A DNA stretch of 64,000 nucleotides, taken from contig CADAXQ010000006.1 of the NCBI GenBank assembly GCA_902791935.1, forward strand, positions 8,129-72,128, written 5' to 3'. This document shows, piece after piece, positions 27,094 to 39,315 of the stretch. Position 1 is the stretch's first letter. The number at the start of each line of letters is the position of its first letter. Both the position numbers and the translations under genes were made by a program. This stretch comes from an uncultured Erysipelotrichaceae bacterium. Lineage in GTDB: Bacteria; Bacillota_I; Bacilli_A; RFN20; CAG-826. The notes below the pieces were generated by a model. It was not told where the DNA came from. It ran no database searches and saw nothing but the letters and a program-made list of their open reading frames with translations.

Positions 27094-28260
27094 ATGGCAA
27101 ACCGTTTAGACGAAACGAATTTTCGCGCTTTGTTAAAAGCGTTAAACGTCCCTGCTCGTTTGGACTGGGATTTTCTTTATCAAGCTTATACGGACGCCAA
27201 AGAATCCTCAGAAGGTTTTGCGGAACAGAATAACATCATCGCCCGGATGGCCGTCAATGATGTGACGTTAACGCTATACCTCGTGAATGAACATTATTTC
27301 TATCTCATTGCCCATCCCGACCAAAAAGAAGCAGATTTGGTAAAAGATGAGAAGTATGAGCAGTTATTGTTGTCCATCAGTTTGGACAAGTACTATACGA
27401 ATGAACATCTCGCCTATCGGAATGCTGCCTTCTCCAATCGTTTTCAACCCGAAATTTCTACGATATCGTTATATCTTAACTTCGTGCTGGGCATGCTTTC
27501 GCGCTACCACCAAGGGGAACCCAATGTCACATTAATCGTGGATATCATGCAAAAAGGCTTCTCAATGGCCCAATGCATTGTGGCATTATTGACCGGTGGT
27601 TTTGAAACGGAAGCATTCTCCACTTGGCGCACCTTACATGAAAATGAATGCATCTTGCTGACGCTCGTCCGTTATCAACAGCCGGTCATTCAAGAATATC
27701 TCAAGCATCTTCGTTATGCTGTGGCGTTCCGGGGTGGCATTCCGACCAAAGAAGAAACCGATCAGATCTTCGAACAAATGAAATCTGAAATGCGCGTTCA
27801 TGACTTAAAGTCCAAGGACATGAAACGCTTTATCGAGTACGGTTGGCTTTATGGCATTCCCGACATTGAGAAGATGGAAGGGTTCAAACTGAACTTCCGG
27901 GACGGCGTGGAACGGGCGGCTAACCTTCGTGAATACGCGAAAGTTTATGAAATGTCGAGCGAGATTGCCCATTCTTCCCCGTTACTCATCTATTCGAGGA
28001 AAGACTATTTCTATCAAGTCACTGTCTTAAATCTTTATGAATCGTTCTTCCGGCTAGAAAAAGTATTCTCCTCGTTATATCTCTCCACCGTTTCGAAAGA
28101 AGAACAAGAGTCATACCGAAGAATGCAATCATTGTATCGTGGCGAACTGATGGCGTGTTACACAGTCGCGAAACACCGCTTTGCCGAAAGGCAACAAGCT
28201 GCGGCCAAACAAAATCCTAGCCTTGAACAAAAAACGAACCCCACGGATTCCGAAGATTAA
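27094..28260 (+). CDS. Hypothetical protein
   Basis: ~388-aa ORF, predicted to be largely helical. No confident family assignment. The start is uncertain: TTG at 27037 or ATG at 27094. Confidence 0.5.
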   Translation: MANRLDETNFRALLKALNVPARLDWDFLYQAYTDAKESSEGFAEQNNIIARMAVNDVTLTLYLVNEHYFYLIAHPDQKEADLVKDEKYEQLLLSISLDKYYTNEHLAYRNAAFSNRFQPEISTISLYLNFVLGMLSRYHQGEPNVTLIVDIMQKGFSMAQCIVALLTGGFETEAFSTWRTLHENECILLTLVRYQQPVIQEYLKHLRYAVAFRGGIPTKEETDQIFEQMKSEMRVHDLKSKDMKRFIEYGWLYGIPDIEKMEGFKLNFRDGVERAANLREYAKVYEMSSEIAHSSPLLIYSRKDYFYQVTVLNLYESFFRLEKVFSSLYLSTVSKEEQESYRRMQSLYRGELMACYTVAKHRFAERQQAAAKQNPSLEQKTNPTDSED

Positions 28261-28281
28261 ACGGAATCGGGGGTTCTTTTT
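28237..28281. terminator. Imperfect long hairpin terminator between convergent genes
   Basis: AACCCCACGGATTCCG-loop-CGGAATCGGGGGTT followed by CTTTTT. Confidence 0.5.
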
Positions 28282-28298
28282 ATCGGAGCAAGAATACC

Positions 28299-29954
28299 TT
28301 ACACGTCGGCGTAGCAGGATCCACCGATGAATTCCCGCATCAAGGAATTCGATGGCACCCACTTGTCATCCATGTCGATGAAGTATTTGAGCATGCCCAT
28401 GAGGCGGGCTGCATCGGGATAATAAGGGGAATCGGCGGGAATGGCTTGGAGTAGTGGCATCGCGTATTTCTTCATGGCTGCCATTTCGTAAGGCAAGAAG
28501 CTATTGAAGACATAGTCGCTGCCTTCTTGATACGGGTAAATCCATTTGAATTCACCTGCTCGTACACGTGGCCACATCTCTAACGTCTCTTCGGCGGGCG
28601 AGCCACGGAACTTCTTATCACGCACCAAACGCCGTAACAACCGGATATCGGTTAACGATAACGGGTTATGGTCGTCGAGGTTGATCTGCGCTTGCGGAGA
28701 GATGAAGATCTTAAACTTCTCGCTCTTCGGGATTTGGAACGTTAAGTTCTCGTTTAACGCATGGATGCCTTCAATGATGATGGGTTGGTCTTTCTCTAAC
28801 TTTAAGTGACGACCCACCACGCGATGGCCTAACGTGAAGTCAAACTTCGGCAAGTCGGTTTCTTCGCCGTTGATGAGGCTCAACATGTTTTCATTGAAGA
28901 AATCGATATCAATCGCGTGTAATGACTCATAGTCTGGCTTACCGTCCGCATCTAACGGAGTGTCTTCACGGGATTTGTAGTAGTCATCCGTGGAGATACG
29001 GATCGGTTTAATGCCGCGTGAAAGTAATTCGATGCGTAACCGATTCGCGAACGTGGTCTTGCCAGAAGACGAGGGGCCCGCGATACAAATCATGCGAACA
29101 TCACGGATGTTGTCTTCAATTAGCTGACCTAATTCGACCAATTGACGGTTATGGCGGTCTTCACAAACATTGATTAATTCCGCAGAACCGTTATTTTTGA
29201 TTTCTTCGTTGATTCCAGCCACCGTGGAAATGCCGACAACTTTGGCCCAGTCGTGTGATTCTTTTAACGTCCGGCCAAATGTCGGGGCATCCTCAAATTC
29301 GGGGATGGTGCCGCCACATTCGCAACGGGGATATTGTAATAAGAATCCAGGCGCGTAAAGACGAATCTTGTAATCATGGACGTAACCTGTTGACGGCACA
29401 AGATGCGAATACATATAGTCTAAATAACCATCGCATTCATAGAAGTGGACCGTCTTTTCGGGACGATACGCCAAAATATCGAGTTTATCGGCAAAGCCAC
29501 GTTCTGCATAGATTTTGGCGGCTTCTTCGTTCGGCACGACAATCCGTTTTAAGGGATAATCGGCTTTCACGATGGATTCGAGCTCATGATTGATTTTGAT
29601 GAGCATGGCCGTCGTGGCGTGCACGTTAGGATCAAGGATGTGCACGGAGACACAACGCGAGATGTTATAGGCAAAACGGATTTTCAAGCCGGGATAGGCA
29701 TGGTTAAAGGCCATGGCAACGAGATAACGAAGCGAGGCTTCGTACATCTTCATGGCCTCATGGTCTTTGAGGTCGAGCAATTCGACATTGGCGTCATAAT
29801 AGATTTCATAGGCCAACTCGCGGACGCGGTTATTTACCTTGGCCGCGATGATATTCTTTTGGGCTTTTTGCTCGGGGCTTAATAATTCGAGTAGTGGAAT
29901 CTTATGATCGAAGGTTCTCGTTTCGCCATTGATAGTGATATGGAACACTTGCAT
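28299..29954 (-). CDS. Uridine-kinase/phosphoribulokinase-family P-loop protein with a long N-terminal extension
   Basis: Walker A IAGPSSSGKTTF in the C-terminal half, plus a ~270-aa N-terminal region with a ThrRS/TGS-like look. Start trimmed to the ATG at 29952-29954, preceded by AGGAG. Confidence 0.7.
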   Translation of the reverse strand: MQVFHITINGETRTFDHKIPLLELLSPEQKAQKNIIAAKVNNRVRELAYEIYYDANVELLDLKDHEAMKMYEASLRYLVAMAFNHAYPGLKIRFAYNISRCVSVHILDPNVHATTAMLIKINHELESIVKADYPLKRIVVPNEEAAKIYAERGFADKLDILAYRPEKTVHFYECDGYLDYMYSHLVPSTGYVHDYKIRLYAPGFLLQYPRCECGGTIPEFEDAPTFGRTLKESHDWAKVVGISTVAGINEEIKNNGSAELINVCEDRHNRQLVELGQLIEDNIRDVRMICIAGPSSSGKTTFANRLRIELLSRGIKPIRISTDDYYKSREDTPLDADGKPDYESLHAIDIDFFNENMLSLINGEETDLPKFDFTLGHRVVGRHLKLEKDQPIIIEGIHALNENLTFQIPKSEKFKIFISPQAQINLDDHNPLSLTDIRLLRRLVRDKKFRGSPAEETLEMWPRVRAGEFKWIYPYQEGSDYVFNSFLPYEMAAMKKYAMPLLQAIPADSPYYPDAARLMGMLKYFIDMDDKWVPSNSLMREFIGGSCYADV

Positions 29955-30132
29955 AGCATTCTCCTTTCTTACCAATACATTGGTAAATCATGATATCGGT
30001 TTCACGAGGGGATTACAAGGGAAGCAACGTCATGGTTTTGTCAAAAAAGCAAAGATGAAAGACACATTCCACCAAGGGCGTTCAAAATTCATACAACCTG
30101 TCGTTTTTCTCGAAAAATGATAGCGGTTTTTG

Positions 30133-30161
30133 TTGGCAAAAATGGGGTTTTAGGTTACTAT
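30133..30161 (+). promoter_or_regulatory. Candidate promoter of the atp operon
   Basis: TTGGCA-N17-TACTAT, 20 nt upstream of the first atp-operon ORF. Confidence 0.45.
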
Positions 30162-30181
30162 CGTTTCCGTAGGAAAAAAGA

Positions 30182-30634
30182 ATGAAACGTTTTTACCTTG
30201 GCTTAAATCGCGATCAAAAAGGAATGTTCTGGCTTGTGACGATTTCCGTCGTGGTTTTTCTTGCCTTGATTCCGCTTTATTTCTTTGGCTTAGATAAGGG
30301 CTATCAATACCCGAATGGTTGGTGGCTCGGTTCGTTCGTCGAACTATTCGCTTATTTCACTTTAATTTACTTCACGAACCGCTTAACCGATCAAAAAAGT
30401 GGTAACCATACCGGGTTGATGATTTTGAATGCCCTCGTGCGTCCGCTTTGTTATTTGGTGGTTCTCGTCATCAGCGCCATCTGCACGTTCCGCCCCGCCT
30501 GGTTTGGCGGATTTGACATGTTTGGCTTTTGGACAGCGTTTGCCGCTTTATTACCGATGCCAATCGTTGTGCTTTGCACGCATTTCATGAAGAAAGAACC
30601 CGTGAAGGATTCCGATGAGGCCAGCTGTCTATGA
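30182..30634 (+). CDS. Small membrane protein, AtpI-like by position
   Basis: 150 aa with 4 predicted TM helices. It lies immediately upstream of atpB and overlaps it by 4 nt. Confidence 0.45.
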   Translation: MKRFYLGLNRDQKGMFWLVTISVVVFLALIPLYFFGLDKGYQYPNGWWLGSFVELFAYFTLIYFTNRLTDQKSGNHTGLMILNALVRPLCYLVVLVISAICTFRPAWFGGFDMFGFWTAFAALLPMPIVVLCTHFMKKEPVKDSDEASCL

Positions 30635-31518
30635 TGATCTATGCCGACTACCACGATCGTTTAAATGACATGTTCAAGTTTGGCTGGGAATGGCTGGATG
30701 CGCCATTATTCAGCTCACTTTTGGTCATGCTTGTCCTATTGATTCTCGGCGTCGTCATCGGCATCAAAGCCCACAAAGCCGTGAAAAAAGGTCAATACAA
30801 AGAAGCACCAAGGGGTTTGCTTTTCTGGGCAGATGCTTATTATGACTATGTGACGAACTTCACCGTTGGGAACATGGGGGAATCCTCCATGGCCTGGAGC
30901 GGTTATTTCTGGGTGTTATTTGCCTATCTTTTCTTATCTTTTAATGCCTCGCTCTTTGGCATTCCTTCCGTGATTGACTGGCTTCCCGCCCCGTTATGCT
31001 TGGCTGTGATCATGTTCACGTTAATTCAAGTCACTGCCATCAAATATCAACATTGGCATTATTTCCATCGTTATATCGAGCCGATTGCGGCATTCTTGCC
31101 CGTGAACCTCATTACGATGTGGTCCCCGATTATCTCGACCACGATGCGTATGTTTGGGAACTGCTTGGCTGGCACCATCATCATTACGCTGGTGCAATGG
31201 GCGTTATCGAACGCCTCGGCCGCCATTTTCTCTGCCATGAATGTTTCGTTAACGATTCCCGGCATTGCCGACAACTGGCAATCCTGGTGGAATGCGTTCC
31301 CTTATTGGACCGGTACGATTCTTTCCCCGATCCCAATGGGGGTCTTAAATCTTTACTTCAGCTTGTTCTCCGGGTTTGTTCAGACCCTGGTATTTTGCTC
31401 TTTGACATCCCTTTGGATTGCCCAAGAGAAACCAACGGACGAGGAACAGACGTATGTCGACCTTGCCCGTATCCCGTCTGACTTGCTCGTCGAACAAGCG
31501 AAGGAATCATCCATATAA
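30631..31518 (+). CDS. atpB: F0F1 ATP synthase subunit a
   Basis: Polytopic protein with the conserved RMFGNCLAGT (essential Arg) region. Confidence 0.9.
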   Translation: MMIYADYHDRLNDMFKFGWEWLDAPLFSSLLVMLVLLILGVVIGIKAHKAVKKGQYKEAPRGLLFWADAYYDYVTNFTVGNMGESSMAWSGYFWVLFAYLFLSFNASLFGIPSVIDWLPAPLCLAVIMFTLIQVTAIKYQHWHYFHRYIEPIAAFLPVNLITMWSPIISTTMRMFGNCLAGTIIITLVQWALSNASAAIFSAMNVSLTIPGIADNWQSWWNAFPYWTGTILSPIPMGVLNLYFSLFSGFVQTLVFCSLTSLWIAQEKPTDEEQTYVDLARIPSDLLVEQAKESSI

Positions 31519-31540
31519 TCCATAGATAGGAGGTAGAAGT

Positions 31541-31801
31541 ATGGAATTTTTGATGTTATTGGAAGAGACCGCTGCGAGCGCCGTTGGCCTCAAAGCAATC
31601 GGGGCGGCCATCGCCGTTGCCTTTGGCTGCCTTTCCGCCATCGGGGAATCGCTCATTTGCTGCCACGCGATTGACGGCATGGTCCGGAATCCTGAAATGG
31701 CTGGCAAGTTACGGAGCAACATGATCGTTGCTGTCGCGCTTGACGAATCCACCGCCATTTACGCCTTGATTACCGCCATTTTGATCATCTTCGTCTTATA
31801 A
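31541..31801 (+). CDS. atpE: F0F1 ATP synthase subunit c, with a Na+-binding-type signature
   Basis: 86-aa hairpin protein. Helix 1 reads ...AIGES..., the loop RNPE, helix 2 ...ALDESTAIY... Confidence 0.9.
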   Translation: MEFLMLLEETAASAVGLKAIGAAIAVAFGCLSAIGESLICCHAIDGMVRNPEMAGKLRSNMIVAVALDESTAIYALITAILIIFVL

Positions 31802-31820
31802 CCATCACTAGGAGAACTGG

Positions 31821-32387
31821 ATGTTTATGCTATATCTCAACATTTTTGCTGCTTCATCCAGCCCGTTCTCCCCAGAAGACTTCTTGAATAAGATTTTCGG
31901 CAATTTCTGGTCGTTGCTCATCAATCTTCTGGCGTTGATCGTTCTTTTCCTTGTGCTTTATTTCGTCGCGTATAAGCCGGTACGGAAATACGTGGAAAAA
32001 CGTCGCGATTATATCAATCACAACATTCATGATGCCGAAACCGCGAAACGGTTCTATGAAGCGAAAGCGAGCGAAGGAGACAAGATCATCGCCGATGCGC
32101 GTCAAGAGGCCCAAGCCATTGTGACGAAGGCCCAAGATGACGCCGCCAAACAAGCCACGCAAATTGTCGAAGCCGCGAATGCGGAAGCCAAAGAACGGCA
32201 ACAACGCGCGGACGAAGCCATCAAGCAACAAGAAGTCAAAGCCCAAAAAGCCATGCAAGAAGCGATTGTGCAAGTGGCCATGGACGCTTCGAAAGAATTG
32301 CTTGGCCGCGAAGTCAACACCAAAGACAACGAAGAGCTCGTGGCGAATTTCGCCAGTCAAGTGCAAGAGGGGAAGAGAGCGGAATGA
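31821..32387 (+). CDS. atpF: F0F1 ATP synthase subunit b
   Basis: N-terminal TM helix plus a long charged Ala/Glu/Lys/Gln-rich helix, in the conserved position. Confidence 0.85.
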   Translation: MFMLYLNIFAASSSPFSPEDFLNKIFGNFWSLLINLLALIVLFLVLYFVAYKPVRKYVEKRRDYINHNIHDAETAKRFYEAKASEGDKIIADARQEAQAIVTKAQDDAAKQATQIVEAANAEAKERQQRADEAIKQQEVKAQKAMQEAIVQVAMDASKELLGREVNTKDNEELVANFASQVQEGKRAE

Positions 32388-32929
32388 AGAACGAACGCTA
32401 TGCCAATTATGCGGACGCGCTTTATCAGTTCGCCCGTGATGAAGGGAAAATATCAGCTTATCGGGAAGCGATGAAACTCGTTGTTTCCACGTTTGCGGAT
32501 AACCCATCTTTTGGCACGTTCTTAGCTTCTTATTCTGTGCCGCAAGAACGGCAATTTGCCTTGTTAGAAGAAGTGTTTGCTTCTCTTGACACCCCTGAGC
32601 TCGTCCCATTTTTAAAACTTGTGACGGCGCGTCATTTGATTCCCCATCTATCCGATATTGCCGATTGCTTTATTCAAGAATGCAATGAAGCACTAGGCAT
32701 TCGGGAAGGCATCGTCTATTCGACGGCGTTACTCTCGAAAGACGACCTTGCGAAAATTCAATCCGCCCTGGAAGAACGGTTGGGCGTGAAAGTCTATCTT
32801 CATAACCAAGCCGACACGAATCTCATCGGCGGCGTGAAGGTAGCGATTGACGGAAAAGTGTTTGACGGGTCCATCCAAGCCCGTTGGGAAGCACTCCGAA
32901 ATCAACTTCTTAAAGGAGGAACGCTATGA
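32384..32929 (+). CDS. atpH: F0F1 ATP synthase subunit delta
   Basis: 181-aa OSCP-like protein (C-terminal [18 protein letters not shown]), in the conserved position. Confidence 0.85.
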   Translation: MKNERYANYADALYQFARDEGKISAYREAMKLVVSTFADNPSFGTFLASYSVPQERQFALLEEVFASLDTPELVPFLKLVTARHLIPHLSDIADCFIQECNEALGIREGIVYSTALLSKDDLAKIQSALEERLGVKVYLHNQADTNLIGGVKVAIDGKVFDGSIQARWEALRNQLLKGGTL

Positions 32930-34434
32930 AACTGAATCCAAACGAGATTTCCTCGCTCATCAAAGAGCAAATCAAAGGATATGAAGGCCAAATTGAAAGT
33001 AGTGACGTGGGAACGGTCATTGCGGTGGGCGATGGCATCGCCACGCTTTATGGCCTACGCAATGCCATGTTAGGGGAACTTTTACTCTTCCCTCACGATG
33101 TTTACGGCATGGTCATGAATCTCAATGAAGACGATGTCGGCGCTGTGTTGCTCGATAGCGATCTTTCAATCAAAGAAGGCGACACCGTCAAACGGACGGG
33201 CAAAGTCGTTGAAGTCCCCGTCGGCGATGGTTTATTAGGCCGCGTGGTTTCTCCTTTAGGCTTACCGATTGATGAACTTGGACCGATTTCCTATACGAAA
33301 ACAAGACCGATTGAACGGATTGCGCCTGGCGTCATGACACGGGAATCCGTCAACACGCCGCTTGAAACCGGCATTAAAGCTATTGACTCGATGATTCCGA
33401 TTGGCCGCGGTCAGCGGGAACTTATCATCGGCGATCGTCAAACGGGCAAAACCTCCATTGCTATCGATACGATCGTGAATCAAAAAGGCAAGAACGTAAA
33501 ATGCGTTTATGTCGCGATTGGGCAAAAGAACTCCTCCGTCGCAAGCTTAGTGGACCGTTTGAAACAGAAAGGTTGCTTTGATTATGTGACGGTGGTGAAC
33601 GCTTCGGCGTCCGAACCGGCACCACAGCAATATATCGCCCCATTCGCTGGTATGGCCATGGCCGAAGAATGGATGGAACAAGGGCAAGATGTCTTGATTG
33701 TCTTTGATGATTTATCGAAACACGCGGTCGCATACCGTACGTTATCGTTATTGCTCCGTCGTGCCCCGGGCCGTGAAGCTTATCCCGGCGATATCTTCTA
33801 TCTCCATTCCCGGTTGCTCGAACGGGCTTGTAAACTCTCGAAACAATATGGCGGTGGTTCCATTACCGCCCTTCCCATCGTCGAAACCCAAGCAGGCGAT
33901 ATTTCTGCCTATATTCCGACGAACATCATTTCTATTACCGATGGTCAGATTTTCTTGATCACCGATTACTTTGCTGCCGGTCAACGCCCAGCCGTTGATA
34001 GCGGCTTCTCCGTGTCGCGTGTCGGTTCTTCAGCACAAACGAAAGCCATGAAGCAAGTGGCAAAATCGTTAAAAATTGAATTAGCGAACTATCGGGAAAA
34101 TCTTTCGTTTGCCCAATTTGGTAGCGACCTTGACCCGGAAACCAAACGCATTTTGACGCATGGTGCCGTCGTGATGGAAGCGTTAAAGCAAAAGAACTGG
34201 AGCCCGATGGATAGCACGGACGAAGTGCTGGAGCTCTTTGCCGTCAAGAACCGTTATCTCGATGATTTGCCATTAAATGAGGTAAATCCTTTCTTAACGG
34301 ACCTCTTAAAACATCTCCATGCCTCCCATGCTGATTTGGTCGATAGCATCAAGACAAAACAAAAGATCGAACCAGAAGTCGAAGCGGCATTAAATGACGC
34401 CATTAAGGCATTTAAAGCGAATCGGAACGCATAA
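32926..34434 (+). CDS. atpA: F0F1 ATP synthase subunit alpha
   Basis: Walker A GDRQTGKT. Highly conserved alpha-subunit sequence. Confidence 0.95.
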   Translation: MKLNPNEISSLIKEQIKGYEGQIESSDVGTVIAVGDGIATLYGLRNAMLGELLLFPHDVYGMVMNLNEDDVGAVLLDSDLSIKEGDTVKRTGKVVEVPVGDGLLGRVVSPLGLPIDELGPISYTKTRPIERIAPGVMTRESVNTPLETGIKAIDSMIPIGRGQRELIIGDRQTGKTSIAIDTIVNQKGKNVKCVYVAIGQKNSSVASLVDRLKQKGCFDYVTVVNASASEPAPQQYIAPFAGMAMAEEWMEQGQDVLIVFDDLSKHAVAYRTLSLLLRRAPGREAYPGDIFYLHSRLLERACKLSKQYGGGSITALPIVETQAGDISAYIPTNIISITDGQIFLITDYFAAGQRPAVDSGFSVSRVGSSAQTKAMKQVAKSLKIELANYRENLSFAQFGSDLDPETKRILTHGAVVMEALKQKNWSPMDSTDEVLELFAVKNRYLDDLPLNEVNPFLTDLLKHLHASHADLVDSIKTKQKIEPEVEAALNDAIKAFKANRNA

Positions 34435-34436
34435 TT

Positions 34437-36729
<2,293 letters not shown>

Positions 36730-36730
<1 letters not shown>

Positions 36731-37110
36731 TGGCGGAATCTTTGCTCGTAACGATTGTGACCCCGCACGGCATCGCCTTTGAAGGCGAAGTCGCTGCTTT
36801 GCTTGTGCCCTCCAGTCGCGGCCCGTTAGGATTGCTTCCTGGCTATACCCCTTTAATCGCAGAACTTGCCCCCAAAGGCATTTTGACTTTGACGATGCAA
36901 GAAGGACAAAAACGTTATTTTGTCCTGTTCCATGGCGCGTTAGAAGTCAAACCAGAGCGAACGTATGTCTTAACAGACAAAGCGGTTCCCGCGAGTAACG
37001 AAGAAGAAGCCAATCGTATGCTTGCTTCGTTACCCCTTTCTTCCGCTTCGGACGATCATCAATTAGAGACCGCCACAGCAAAATTACAAGGAAGTCTAAG
37101 TAAAGTATGA
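36730..37110 (+). CDS. atpC: F0F1 ATP synthase subunit epsilon
   Basis: 126 aa. The N-terminal beta-sandwich sequence (LLVTIVTPHGIAFEGEV) is typical of epsilon. Confidence 0.9.
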
Positions 37111-38336
37111 ATTTCATTTTTGTTTCTCCAAATTACCCCATTCGTTATTTCAAATGGGTAGAAGCGTTACGCGATCATGGCGTTACGGTCCTTGGCATCG
37201 GGGATACCCCATGGGCGGATATTCCGCAACGGCTTAAGAATTCGTTGAATGAGTATTATTACTTGCCTGACTTATCACGCGAAGAAGACATGCTCAAAGC
37301 CTGTCGTTATTTTGAAAGCAAATACGGCAAGATTGACTTCATTGAATCGAATAATGAGTGGTGGTTAGAGCAAGACGCACGCTTACGGAAAGCGCTGAAC
37401 GTCACTTCTGGTTTCTTCCCCGAACAAATGGAGAAAATCAAAGCGAAGTCGGCCATGAAAGCCTGCTTTGAAGCGGCTGGCGTCAAAACGATGCGTTACC
37501 TTTTGGTGAACGGCCCTGAAGATATCGACCGGGTTTTGGATTTTGCCAAACAAGTGGGCTGGCCTTTATTTGCCAAACCGAATATCGGGGTTGGTGCCCA
37601 TGATTCTTGGCCCATTCCTAACGAAGCGGCCTTACGGGAACGGTTAGCAAAGCCACTTCCAGAAGCGTATATCGTGGAAGAATTCATTGATGGAGAGATT
37701 GTATCCTACGATGGCATCTGCGATTCTCATTCGAACGTTGTCTTTGAAACGACTGACCATTTCCCAACCCCCGTTGCTGATATCGTGAACGAAAGCAAAG
37801 ACGAATATTATTACAATAATCCGTTCGCTTTGCCGTTCTTTGACGTTGACCCCGTCGCCTTTGAAGCAGCAGGGCGGCGCGTCGTCAAAGCGTTTGGCAT
37901 TCAAAAACGGTTCTTCCACATCGAATTCTTTGTGTTGCGGTCCGATAAACCAGGCTTTGCCAAAAAAGGAGAATTCGTGGCGTTAGAATGTAACATGCGT
38001 CCCGCGGGTGGATATACCCCCGATTTAATTGATTTCGCGAACTCGGTTTCTTGTTACGAAATCTACGCCGATGTCATCACCAAAGACCGGAACGACCAAG
38101 ACATGAGCAAAGAAAAGTATTACGCCTTCGCAGTTTCGCGGCGTGATGAACTTTCTTATGCCCATACGCAAGAAGAGATTTTTAACCAATGGGGCGCCTA
38201 TCTTTGCGCCCACGGGGTTTATCCCAAACACATGGCCGATGCGATGGGCGATGACTATTTCTACGCGAAGTTCAAAGACTTCTCAATGGGCTTAGCCTTC
38301 GATCGTTTCGTCCGGGAAAAGAAACTTCCCCATTAA
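37107..38336 (+). CDS. ATP-grasp domain protein (carboxylate-amine ligase-like)
   Basis: 409 aa with an ATP-grasp fold pattern (KSAMKACFEAAGVKT, WPLFAKP, IVEEFIDGEI, HIEFF, ALECNMRPAGG). The ATG overlaps the atpC TGA (ATGA). Confidence 0.65.
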   Translation: MNFIFVSPNYPIRYFKWVEALRDHGVTVLGIGDTPWADIPQRLKNSLNEYYYLPDLSREEDMLKACRYFESKYGKIDFIESNNEWWLEQDARLRKALNVTSGFFPEQMEKIKAKSAMKACFEAAGVKTMRYLLVNGPEDIDRVLDFAKQVGWPLFAKPNIGVGAHDSWPIPNEAALRERLAKPLPEAYIVEEFIDGEIVSYDGICDSHSNVVFETTDHFPTPVADIVNESKDEYYYNNPFALPFFDVDPVAFEAAGRRVVKAFGIQKRFFHIEFFVLRSDKPGFAKKGEFVALECNMRPAGGYTPDLIDFANSVSCYEIYADVITKDRNDQDMSKEKYYAFAVSRRDELSYAHTQEEIFNQWGAYLCAHGVYPKHMADAMGDDYFYAKFKDFSMGLAFDRFVREKKLPH

Positions 38337-39160
38337 GTGTAATATTGGGTCACGACGGCTTTTGTCTCGTCACTTGTGACGGAATAAGACTTGCCTTGAT
38401 AGCTTAAAACAACACCCTGAGAGCCAAAGTTCGTTTGAAACTTTGGCTTTTCTTCTTCGTTCATGCGCGAGACGTCCGCAAGGTAAGTGACTTTTTTCGA
38501 TGCTTTCGCGAGTGGAAGTAACGTATCGCAATAAAACGTCAAAGACGTTTCATCATTTCGGTCATAATAGTAAAGCAAAACATCATTTTCTGCGATTGCT
38601 TTTTCCCAGGCGCCATAATGAGAGAAACGATAGATGGGAAGTAACGTATTTTCTTTAAAGAAGTTCTTCCATAAATCGGAATAAGAAGTGGCACCCCAGT
38701 TGGTTAAAGAACACTTTGTAGAAGACCCACTATACCAAGTGGGCGTGTTTTGTAAGAACGGATGCTCATCGGTTGCCGGAAGCGATTCATAGTAATTCAT
38801 CAAGGCGCCGCGATTTTCTAAAAAGTTAGTGTCTAATGCTTTCCAGATGGTGACGTCGGCATAAGTTGCCTTTAAGAATTTCCGTAATGTCGGACTAAAT
38901 GCTTCACATGCGTGGCAGGTATCTGATGTTTTCATAAACGTGGCAGAAGTGCCATTTTTCATTTCTGTCAGCAAAGAAGAGGCGTCATCCTGATTGGTTA
39001 AATCTGATAAAGCATCGTTATCGAAGTCAGCGGCAAAGAGATCGCCATTCCGATAGATCCAGTACGGTTTCGATAAATCCGTGGCAGGAACATCACCGGC
39101 CGTGTTTTGACAAGCAAGCAAGAAAGGGAACAACAAGAAAATAGCAAGCGGTTTTCTCAT
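38333..39160 (-). CDS. Lipoprotein with a CxxC motif (possible thioredoxin-fold protein)
   Basis: Signal peptide with lipobox FLLA|C, and a CHAC motif at SDTCHACEAF. Its stop overlaps the ATP-grasp stop on the opposite strand. Confidence 0.55.
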   Translation of the reverse strand: MRKPLAIFLLFPFLLACQNTAGDVPATDLSKPYWIYRNGDLFAADFDNDALSDLTNQDDASSLLTEMKNGTSATFMKTSDTCHACEAFSPTLRKFLKATYADVTIWKALDTNFLENRGALMNYYESLPATDEHPFLQNTPTWYSGSSTKCSLTNWGATSYSDLWKNFFKENTLLPIYRFSHYGAWEKAIAENDVLLYYYDRNDETSLTFYCDTLLPLAKASKKVTYLADVSRMNEEEKPKFQTNFGSQGVVLSYQGKSYSVTSDETKAVVTQYYT

Positions 39161-39231
39161 GGGTTTAGTCTAGCACAATTCGTCTTTACCAGGCGGGTAT
39201 GAAGTGACGTAGCGGTAGTTCTTAAAGCCTA

Positions 39232-39314
39232 AAAACCTTGAAAACGTGTAAAATCATCACTTCGAAAACCTTGAAAACGTGTAAATTTGGCTTTCTGAAA
39301 ACCTTGAAAACGTG
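39232..39314 (+). repeat. Three direct copies of AAAACCTTGAAAACGTG phased at exactly 33 bp
   Basis: Copies at 39232-39248, 39265-39281 and 39298-39314. Copies 1 and 2 extend to 21 identical bases (…GTAAA). The third copy abuts the TTGACA of the predicted ppa promoter. Confidence 0.9.
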
Positions 39315-39315
39315 A

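Noticed and set aside
31854-32609. A 251-aa ORF antisense to atpF/atpH, with similar long ORFs at 30996-31481, 35278-35658, 18538-19068 and 19648-20007.
   Set aside because: All lie inside or antisense to strongly supported conserved genes. They have Arg/Ser/Pro-rich, low-complexity translations and no RBS. I treat them as frame artefacts.
39232-39314. The three phased 17-21-bp repeats considered as a mini-CRISPR or tandem-duplication artefact.
   Set aside because: The repeats are too short and the 12-16-bp spacers far too short for CRISPR. The inter-repeat sequence is unrelated, so this is not a simple tandem duplication. I kept it as a regulatory-site finding instead.
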